64,000 bases of DNA from the human T2T-CHM13v2.0 reference genome, Homo sapiens: the NCBI RefSeq assembly GCF_009914755.1, contig NC_060925.1; one strand, written 5' to 3'. Under the pieces are notes generated by a model, which was not told where the DNA came from, made no database searches, and saw only the letters and a list, made by a program, of their open reading frames with translations. Each line of letters opens with the position of its first letter. Position 1 is the first letter of the stretch. Shown in pieces: positions 50,361 to 64,000 of this stretch. A program made the translations under genes and the position numbers.

Positions 50361-52019
50361 TCTTCTTCCTAAATTGCTTTCAATCTTAACCTTCCTAGTA
50401 CTAACATTCAGCTTCTATTCCAGTTAGGCAAATCTTAGTGAGGATTTACATTCACGAAGCCCAGATGGAGCTGGGTGGGGTGATGTAAGTAAGAGCATCT
50501 TATCCAAAGTTACAATACATCATTCTAACTGGTAGATTTTGATATTGTGTCTAAAAGGATAAAAGGTCTAAAATAACATCAGCAATGTAAGAGCAGAGAT
50601 GAGTGGTGAGTCTCAGAACATGGAGGAGAATTCAAATGAGGCAAAGAACCCCGTAGATCTCAGGGGATTTTAGAGTGTGAGGTAGGTGTGGATGGCTGAG
50701 TTGCAATGTGTGTAGTACATGTGCCCTGTTTATATGGTTTCTATGATAAGTAATATGGGCCAACTAAAAGTCTTTAAAAGGCCAAATAGGACCAAGAGTT
50801 TCTCCCATACAATATTAAATACCACATATGAATGATATAAAGATTGAATTGAGTTGTAATTTACTTTGAAAAATGTGACATTTTGTTGATGTGAACATGA
50901 AATGTTAAATTACATTTTTCATATTTTTTCTGAGCAAAATAAAATGAGAAATAGGCATAGGCCAAAATCATCATGGCAAAAAAAAAGGAAAAAGAGAAGT
51001 CTTATAGTGAAATATTATTTTTCTACTGCTAGGGAGTAGAATACTGGTTAAAAAAAATCAGTGTCTTCCGGGATTCCAGAGAATGTTTTATAATAATAAT
51101 AATGGAAGATGTATGAAAACTAAATGGTAGTTTATATCCTCCATAGGCATAACTTTTATTTTGTTCCTTCCTCCCACATTTAACCTTCTCAGTGATAATA
51201 GTATATACCAACACAGCCTTCCAGAACAGAATTAAATAATTTTTATAATAATATAAATGTTTAATCAGAAAATAGTTTTCACTGTTTCTTACCATATAAT
51301 CTACTAAGGCTGAGTCTATAGCACATAATATGAATGAACTTTTGAGGCCCTTTATAATTGGTTCAGCCTTGACTGAGTAGAATAGCTCACATGTATAACT
51401 AGACTCTAATATTCTAACTTTGGGGCATTTCGTGTAGAATCATAGAAAAGTGTGATGCATAAAACGATTGCCCAAAATGACCAAACTTCCTTTACTGTTC
51501 TATTGTCTATGTTGATTCAGTCTCCAAGTACCAAAGCTTCAAAGTCAAAGGAGATTTACCTAGTGTTATGAGGAAAAGAAAAATAAAGCTGACAACTTTC
51601 ATCTCTTCTCTGTGAAACCAAAGTACATCTACAAGAAAACCAGGGTTTCCCTTTTTTTTTTTTTTTTTTTTCAGTGAGAGAAAACAGGTTGCATTTCTTG
51701 TGGGGAGTTCTTAGAGGCCCTGACACATTGTGAGCCACTTTCTGAAATCACAAACAAGATCAAAAAACATCTTGAGTATAATGAAAGAAAAACTCCTACT
51801 ATCTGTCTCAGGGAGTTCCCCAGGCAGAATGAGAAATCTGGCATGCTTATTTTACTTTTAAAACTAAAAAGAATGTCTTCTGTAGAGGTACTTCAATCTT
51901 TCATCATCATTGGAAATAAACTATTTCTTTTAGTGAATTTTCCGTTTAACTGAAGATTTCTCTTTTAAGCTCCATAGTATGTTTCTTTTATTTTTCTAAA
52001 TATTAATGAAAAGATTTCT

Positions 52020-52146
52020 TTAAAAGTATATATTGTTTTGCCTCATTAAACAATATACTGGATTCCACAATGTATATATATTTTAAAACATCATGTTGTA
52101 CACAATAAGTATATACATTTTTTGTCAATTAAATACATTTAAAAAT
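52020..52146 (+). mobile_element. L1MA-type extreme 3' end
   Basis: AAAACATCATGTTGTACACAATAAGTATATACATTTTTTGTCAATTAAA. Confidence 0.7.
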
Positions 52147-52794
52147 GTGGTATAGCCAGGGGTATAATAATAAAGATACGGTAGTTATTTTTGATGGTGA
52201 TATTTGAAATTTGGACAGAATATAGAAACTGTGTAGCCCTGGATACAGGCTTTACAAGCTGCTGGGTGATGAGCAGGAGGAGGTGAGGCTGCTCCATGCA
52301 CTGTCCTACTCATGGCTGGAGTGATATGGGGGCAAATATAGAGGTCCTGATGGGGAGAGGGGAGAGTCATTTGAACATGTTGGCTTTGAGGCACCATTTG
52401 CTAGTGGGCCAATGAAGACTAAATGAACAACTCAAAATGCCCTAGTCTTCAGTTTATCATGTGTTAAATGGAGATAGTAACCATTTTTATCTCATAGGAA
52501 TGTTTTGTGGAATTCAGAAATTTATAAATAAAGTATATGGCACAGTACACTGTGCTCAAAAGTTACATTAAAAAAACAAAAACAATACAGTGGATAGCAT
52601 TTAATACTCTCTTAATAACTTTGAGTCATCATGATATTAATTACTAAATTGCACTTACCTGAGTGGATTTTTAAGTTTATAAAGGTATTTGTCATCACAC
52701 TACACTGCTTTAGATCGCTCTAAATACCGTGCCTTTCTGTGTGGACCTTAATTGTCAGATAGTACTATTGCATCTTCAACAAACACCTTATTCT

Positions 52795-55085
52795 CAGAGA
52801 AATTAAAGAGACCTAAATAAGCAGATATACTATGTTTATGGATCAGAAGATTCAATATTTAAAAGATATCAATTATACAAAAATTGATATATTGATTCTG
52901 TGTTATCTCAATCAAAATCTTAGTGAAATTTTTCGTAGAAACTGACAAGCTGATTCTAAAATTTACATATAAATGCAAAAGATTGAGAATAGCCAACAAT
53001 TTTTAAAAAGAAGAACAAAGTTGGAAGACTCATATTACCTGATTTTAAAAATGATATAGCTATAAAGCTATGATCATAAAGCTACAGTAATAAAGACAAT
53101 AGAGTATTGATCTAAGGAGAGACCTATAGATAATGGAATAAACAAGATAATTCAGAAATACACCTGCTTTTATATATAATCAATTGATTTTCAGCAAAAG
53201 ATGCCAAGGCAACTTAATAAGAAAATAATACACTTTTTAAACAAGTAGTCCCAGAACCATTGGTTATCCTTATGTAATAAGTGAACTTTGACTTTTACCT
53301 TACACCATACACAGTAATTAACTCTAAATGGATCACAGATCTAAAGGGAGAAGTTAAAACTATAAAATTCTCAAAGAAAATATATAAGAGAAAATCTACA
53401 TGAATTTTTATTTGGCAGTAACTTTTATATACAAAACCAAAAGCATAATCAATAAAAGAAAAAGTAAATCAAACTTTATTTAAATTAAAAGTTTTGCTTT
53501 GTGAAAAATACTGGTAAGCAAATGAAAAGAAAACTCACAGACTGGGAGAAAATATTTTCCAATTAAATATCTGATAATTTATTTCTAGAATATACGAAAC
53601 AACTTTTAAAATTCAACAAAAGGGAACAAATATCCTAATTTTTAAAATGGTCAAAAGATCTTAACATATACTTCACCAAAGAAAATATGTGGATGGCAAA
53701 TAAACATAAAAATGCATGATATCACTAGTTAGTAGAGAATTGTGAATTAAAACCATAATGATATACTACCAAATAACTATTAAAATGTCTTGGAAAAAAA
53801 CAGACAATACCAAAGGCTGACAAAGATGTAGAGTAACAGGAACTCTCATTCACTGACTGGTGGGAATGCAAAATGGTATAGTCCTTTGGTAGAATTGGAC
53901 AGTTTCTTTTAAAGTTAAACACACACTTGCCATTTGATCTAGGAATCTCAATCTTAGTTATTTGCTTAAGAGAATTGAAAAAATATATTCACAAAATCCC
54001 ATATATAAAATGTTTATATTTTGTGCTTTATTCATAATCACCCAAAATTGGAAATAACCAAGATGCTCTTCATCAAGTGAATGGATAAACTGGTATATCC
54101 ATGGAATGGACAGTTATTCAGTAATAAAAATAAACTATAGATTCATGAAATAGCACAAACAAATCTTAAATGTATTTTTCTGAGTGAAAGAAGCCAGATC
54201 CCAAAGGTTATATGTATGATTCTATGTGTGACATTCTTGAAAAGACAAAATTATAGACACACAAAAATCCAGATCATTTGATACCAGGGATTTGAGGAAG
54301 TAGGAAGAGTTGACTGCAAATGGGCTGCACAAGGGAATTTTTGGAGTGACAAAACTAATCTGTATGGTACCATGGTGGTGAATACATCACTATGCTTTTG
54401 CTAAAACCTGTAGATGTATACATTACAGAGAATAAACTTCATTGTATGCAAATATAAAAATCACCCAAGATATTGATGGGATCCCAGGATGGAATGCAGA
54501 CTGTATCAAATGAATCTGATTGTACTATGAATGAGATGTCTTTCCTCAAGGCGATAAAGGAAAAACATGCTATCTCAGACCAGAGGAGACTGAGGAAGTA
54601 TAAAAACAAAATACAGTAGGGTGTGTTGGGTTGGCTCCTGGAACAGCAAAATACATGGATAGAGAAACTGAGGGAATCCACATAGAATCTGGAGTTTAGT
54701 GAATAGTGATGTACCAATGTCAGTTTCTTAGTTTTGGCAAATGCACTATTGTAATGTAAGATGATGGCGTGGAGGAAACTGAAACTAGATGAGAGATATA
54801 TGAGAGCTCTGCAACTTTCCTGTAAATCTAAAATTATTCTTAGATGAAAAGTTCAAATTAATAAATACATACGAATCAATAATATATACTATATGTACAC
54901 TGATTTTATATATTCTGAATTTTTAGATCCTGATATATATGACTGAATAAATAAATGAGGGAAAATGAACAAATCTTCCTTACAAATTATTTTCAAATAA
55001 TAAATGTAGAAGCAATGAGGGGAATACAAAGTTACCATCAGAACACCAAAGTAATAGTTGCTACAGTGGTGAAAAGGACAACAGA
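52795..55085 (+). mobile_element. L1MC-type element (3' ORF2 and 3'UTR)
   Basis: GACAAGCTGATTCTAAAATTTA, AAGAACAAAGTTGGAAGACT, GGGATCCCAGGATGGAATGCAGACTGT. Confidence 0.85.
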
Positions 55086-55612
55086 GAAAGAAAACTGAGA
55101 ACAACTTCACCTATGACTTAATTTTGCCTCCTGTGAGCCCTGATGATGGGAAGTAGCCATTATTATACTAGCATTTACATAACATACATCAAAGAGTTTT
55201 CACACATATCTCAACTGATGTTCATGGCAACCAGAGAGGTAAGGCTTCTCAAAGAGACCAAGGTCAAACTAGGTCTTAACTTTCCAAACCCAGGGTTATT
55301 CCCCAATTCCTGCTCCCATCTTACAACTAGAGAGTAACCTGCATGGGAATGGGTTTGAGAAGGAAGGGCTTTAAAAAAATCATTTATATTGAAAAGATCA
55401 GAGGAAGCTCACTTTACATGATGACTCAGAACTAGAAAGTGCTGTCCTGCACACACACCAGGACATCTCTGCTATGAAATCACATAGACACATCATTCTC
55501 TCAGCCTCTGGGTGTTGTAGAGTATGCTGGGAGAATAAAGAGTGAGGACAAAGGTCCACACCTATTCTGCACAAAAGCCCTATGTCCTTCCCTACTGAGT
55601 CACCCAGGAGTG

Positions 55613-55684
55613 ACTTAAGACCTTTGTCAACTTAAGACCTTTGTCACTTAAGACCTTTGTCAACTCCACTTAAGACCTTTGTCA
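55613..55684 (+). repeat. Four copies of the 17-mer ACTTAAGACCTTTGTCA
   Basis: Units start at 55613, 55630, 55646 (sharing one A) and 55668. Confidence 0.95.
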
Positions 55685-55825
55685 AACTACCTCAAACTTA
55701 CAGGAAAGTTGTTGACAGGATGCCCTGTTACATCTGAAAACTTTAGTATGTATTCATAACAAATAAGGAAATTCTCCTATATAGCCACAAAACGACCATC
55801 AAAATCAAGAAATTAACACTGGGAC

Positions 55826-56165
<340 letters not shown>

Positions 56166-56929
56166 TGAAGTTTCAGCAATTGTCCCACTGATGTCTTTTA
56201 GAGGAGAAGGATCCAGTTCAGGATTACATGTTGCATTTAGTTGTGTCTCTTTAGATTGCCTTCATCTTAGTCTTCTCTTCTTAACTTTCATGACCTTGAC
56301 ACTTCTGATGATTGCGGGTTTGTTATTTTGTAGAGTGTCTTTCAATTTGATTTTGTATGATGTTTGATTAGATTAGATTCATGAATCTGATTGTTGAAAC
56401 ATGGTGAAATTCAGGGTATTCTTTGGCAAATATAGCACTGAAGTGATGCTGTGTTCTTATTTCTTCCTATAAGATGACATACAATTTTGATTTGTCATAT
56501 TACTGATTATGTTAATTTGGTCCTTTGATTAAGGTGATATTATCCAGGCTTGCCAGGATAAAGTCACTCTTTTTTCCTTTGTAATTCATACGTATGTTGT
56601 GGGACAATGCTTTCAGGCCATGTAAATATTCTATTCTTCATAAAACTTTATTTCTTCATCTTAACATAAGCTCATAGATTTCTATTTTATTCCATAGATT
56701 AAATGCATTTACTACCAATGTTTATTTTAGATGTTCAAATTGTCTACAGTTTGGCCAGTGAGAGCCCTTTAATCTGGCTTCTGTGTCCTTTTGATGCAAT
56801 TCTATTATTCTTTGAGCACTTTCTTTCTGGCATAGCAAGATATTTGTAGCTTCTTTTGTACATTTTCTACTCCAGCTGTGGAATCAGCCATTGCTCCAAG
56901 AATCCTGGTCCATTTTAGTAGATAATGAT

Positions 56930-57309
56930 CTTTCTTCCTCTTTCTTTCTTTTCCTCCCTCCCTTCTTCCCTCCTTCCCTCCCCCACTCCCCTCCCCTTCC
57001 CTCCCCTCACCTCCCTTCCTTTTGAGACAGGTCTCACTCTGTTGCCCAGGCTGCAGAGTAGTAATGAAATCTTGGCTCACTGCAACCTCTGCCTCCTGGG
57101 CTCAAGCGATCCTCCCACCTCAGCTTCCTAAGTAGCTGGGACTACAAATGTGCATCACCATGCCTGGCTAATTTTTATTTTTATCTTTTGGTAGAGACAG
57201 GGTTTTGCCACGTTGCCCAGGCTGGTCTCAAACTCATGGGATCAAGCAATCCACCTGCCTCAGACTCCCAAAGTGCTGGGATTATAGGGGTGAGCCACCA
57301 AGCCTGGCC
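56930..57309 (-). mobile_element. AluJ whose tail has become a CT-rich repeat
   Basis: CTGGGCTCAAGCGATCCTCCCACCTCAG. TSD-like GATAATGATCTT / GAGAATGATATT. Confidence 0.9.
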
Positions 57310-57508
57310 TGAGAATGATATTTAGAAATCACATTCTGGAAGAAGCTAGATGTGCTCATTGTTCTTGAGGTGTCCCTGCTCCCAGACCCTCTCAGTGGAC
57401 AGAACTAATGAGAAATGTAGATATAGACACAGATAAATCTATGTATGTATCTATCTACATATTTGTGTCTGTACACATACACACTTTCATCATATTTATT
57501 TCTTTATC

Positions 57509-57511
<3 letters not shown>

Positions 57512-57552
<41 letters not shown>
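57512..57552 (+). repeat. (AT)~20 microsatellite
   Basis: Perfect run. Confidence 0.95.
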
Positions 57553-57555
<3 letters not shown>

Positions 57556-58492
57556 CTATATTTTCATGCCAATACCTCCAGTTGCAGTTCAACATCATAT
57601 GGTTCAGGCTTCTATTATCCTGAATGTTTTTCTTATTTTATCAACTTCTCTGTTTATAACCAATCTCCTGTTTCCACCACCTCAATCCCTAAACAGATTC
57701 CTGACTACCACCACCTGAGCTCAAATATTCTGTGCTTGATTGCATCCTCAAGCTGGAACCCTCTGTGGCCTCATAGACTCCAATACTTCCTTGTTCAGGT
57801 TACAACATTCAATACTTGGGTTCCCTCCTTCATTCCACTTGGGAGCAGACACCCCGTGCACCTATGTGGATGCCCTCATCAACCTATTTAGACTCTGACA
57901 CCCACACCCACACCAGGCTGCCCTCCCATGCGGACCCCTTCTTCGTCTATCACCTGGGCTCCCACATCCCATAGTACACTACCCTCAGTGTTGTGCTCTG
58001 CATCTTTTTTGGGCTCTCACACATCATGACCTTCCTTCCAGCTCTCTCTAAGGATGTCCAGTTCACACACTCTTGATGGGACCCTTCTCTGCTGGGCCAC
58101 TTTGGGCCACCATTGTTGTAAAGGCCTTACTAACTAACACTATTCATGCCCAAGTGCCCACACCAGGCTGGCCTTCTTCATGGACACCCTCCTCACCTTT
58201 CTTTGGCTATGGCTCCTGTGTGGATGCCTGACTCACCAATCATTAACTCCAACTTCTTGCATCAAGATATTCTCCTTTCACCACGACATTTAGGTGCCTA
58301 TCTTATTCAGCCTACTCATTGGCTACACATTTCTTAGGAAGGGAAGGAAAAGGGGAAGAGGATAATTTTATTTTTGAGATTTTATTTTTACTCTTTCTTA
58401 TTTCAAGATTCCATTGCAAGAGAAGTAACCTGGACTCCACATAGAGAGACAACTGAGCGTAAAGTCAAAGTAAATTTACCCTTAAGGTTTTT

Positions 58493-58607
58493 TTAATTAT
58501 ACTTTAAGTTCTAGGGTATATGTGCACAACATGCAGGTTTGTTACATATGTATACATGTGCCATGTTGGTGTGCTGCACTCATTAACTCGTCATTTATGT
58601 TAGGTAA
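58493..58607 (-). mobile_element. ~115-bp L1PA 3'-end insertion
   Basis: TTATACTTTAAGTTCTAGGG...CATTAACTCGTCATTTA. TSD TTAAGGTTTTT at 58482-58492 and 58608-58618. Confidence 0.92.
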
Positions 58608-59881
58608 TTAAGGTTTTTAAATAACTGGGAAGGAAAGTAGAATTGAGTAAGCCTAAAATAAAATGACCATTGAAAAGGACCTTTGAAAATGACCTTCTTA
58701 AGAGACTTTAAGTTTCCTTTTGTAAAAAGGAAAAGTTCAGATTTATTTCTCCAAACTCCTTCTAATATGTTGATGCCTGTACTCTATCTGTCATAATTGT
58801 TTCCTTTCCAAAGTAAGTTTAAACTCCAGGATCTTCAGAAAAACCATCATTATAAATTCTGGCCTCTGTATCTCTTCACCATGACTCTCCAAAGCAAGAA
58901 TTCTGAATCATTTGATTATAAATGACCTTTGGTAATGAAATGCCCTATATTATTTTCTAATTGTTTTCCATGTATAATAATAGATTGCTCCACAAATTTG
59001 TAAAATTTTCTCTGTAACCCCCTACAGGGTCTACAGAAGGTTAAGTTCACAAACAGTGCTCACTAAGCCAGGCTTGATGGAAACTGATACTTCAGAGAGA
59101 AAAAAAAAAGTGCTGAGCCCGGAGGCAGGAAGGGGATTTCCCTTCATATCACCCTTTCTCTCTACCTCCTTTACCACTCTGACTTCATCCCTATCCCCAG
59201 CCTCTGTGTTCATCCACACTCATTTGCATTGTTATTGTCTGAGATATAAATGAGGCAAAAACCCATGTATTAATATTACATGCTGAGCAATATTTGGAGA
59301 GACACATGAGTTACTGACACATTCACTAGGGGACCAGCAAATTCTACCACAGTTGATGTACTCTTCTTTGGTCAATGACAGGAGAGCACTGGAATTTCCC
59401 TGGGCATCTGAGAGGAATGGTAGAAGTTGCAGACAGGATGAGAGGAGAGAAATGAATTTTTAGGGGTGCAAACTTAAGGCTGTTTTAAGAGGGCCAGTGA
59501 TGTCAGTTGCATTTTTCCTTTTAAACACTATATTATTTCTTTGGCTATGAATGCATTGAAAGGAGATTTGGCTTTTCCTATATCACTATTTACCTTGGCA
59601 TCATTGACAATGTCTTGAAGCTTCGATAGACATATCTTAAAATAGTCCTTGTGGTATGACTTATATCTCATATCATCTAAAATCAATAAAGGAAATGCCC
59701 ATTTATTCTGCTGAAACAGATGCTGCCTTCAAAGAAATCATGGCTTTCTTAATAGAATAATAATAGTAATAATATTATTATTCTCATATATTAAATTGTA
59801 CTTGGTTTTTGGTTGGCAACAATGTTATTAAGATATTTAAAGAATTTTGTGATTAAGTAATGACATTTGCATTTTCTATGA

Positions 59882-60850
59882 TTTTTTTTTAAAAAACCCT
59901 TTATTGAGGTATGATCGATATACAAAAAGTTGTACATATTTGTTGTATAGAATTTGGTGAGTTTAGAGATACATATACATGATTAAACCATCACCTCAAT
60001 TCATGCTATAAACATATCCATCATCTCCAAAAGTTTCCTTCTGCCCTGCTTATTTATTATATTGTGATAAAAACACTTAACAAAAGATCTACCCTCTTAG
60101 CAAATTTTTAAATATGTCATACAGCATTGTTAACTATAGGCAAGTCAGTAGATTTCTATGACTTACTCATCTTGCAAACTGAAACTCTGTACCCTTTGAC
60201 AGACATCTCCTTGTGTCTCCCTCCTCCCAGCTCCTGGCAACTACACTTCTACTCTCTGCTTCTATGAGTTTGACTATTTTTGATTTCTCATATAAATAGG
60301 ATTGTATAGTATTTTTCCTTCTGTATCTTGCTTATTTCACTTAGTACAATGTCCTCCAGGTTCATCCATGTAGTTACAGATAAAATGATTTCCTTTTATT
60401 TAAAGCTAAGTAATATTTCATTGTATGCATACATCATATTTTCTTAACCCATTCACTCCCCAATGAACATTTAGGTTTCTCCCATATTTTGGATATTGTG
60501 AATAAAGCTGCAATCAATGTGGGAGTGCAACTACCTCTTCAAGGTCCTGATTTTAATTCTTTTGAACATATACGCAGAAGTGGGATTGCTGGGTAATATG
60601 ATAGTTCTACTTTTAATTTTTGGAGGCACCTTCATACTGTCTTCCATAGTGGCTACACCCATTTATATTTCCATGAGCAATGTATAATGTATTCTTTTTT
60701 AAAAATCCATTCTAACAGTTGTGAAGTGATACCTCATTGTGGTTTTGATTTGCATTTTCTTGATAATTTGTTTTATTGAACACCTTCTCATATATCTTTT
60801 GGCTGTTAGTTTTCTTTGGGAACAAATTCTATTCTGTTCCTTTTTCCCAC
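59882..60850 (-). mobile_element. L1MA-type 3' end
   Basis: TTATTGAGGTATGATCGATATACAAAAAGTTGTACA...CTCTGCTTCTATGAGTTTGACT. Confidence 0.85.

Positions 60851-64000
<3,150 letters not shown>

Noticed and set aside
51560-51628. Possible 69-nt minus-strand exon (TTTTCTTGTAG|...TAG|GTAAAT), plus isolated minus-strand donors near 18008, 22340 and 52658
   Set aside because: There is no coherent exon chain or recognisable peptide, and such sites are frequent in bulk DNA.
43770-55085. The L1M pieces at 43.8-45.4 kb and 52.8-55.1 kb as one interrupted element
   Set aside because: The DNA between them contains L2/MIR remnants that are probably older, so a single insertion is unlikely.
55613-55684. CRISPR-like array
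   Set aside because: The context is eukaryotic, and the 17-bp units are adjacent with no unique spacers.

Overview
This is primate genomic DNA, probably human or another catarrhine, judging by the AluJ/S/Y and L1PA elements. It is AT-rich, has no CpG island, and is dominated by interspersed repeats: 9 Alus, young and old L1s, L2/MIR, MaLR/ERVL LTRs, a truncated ERV1 provirus, and hAT/Tigger DNA transposons. I recognise no host protein-coding exon or RNA gene and cannot name the locus. The ORFs that look like proteins are L1 remnants (ORF1, ORF2, ORF0); the rest are Alu-derived or chance ORFs. I see no evidence for a wholly new biological system. The most interesting signals are small structural ones: an open 72-aa ORF0-like frame in an internally deleted L1PA7/8; an L1 3' transduction; a poly(A)-only insertion with a target-site duplication (TSD); two apparently locally templated insertions; an ancient twin-priming inversion; and a speculative immune-type promoter with a spliced + strand transcript. 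Repeat subfamily names and the boundaries of old repeats were assigned by eye and are approximate.
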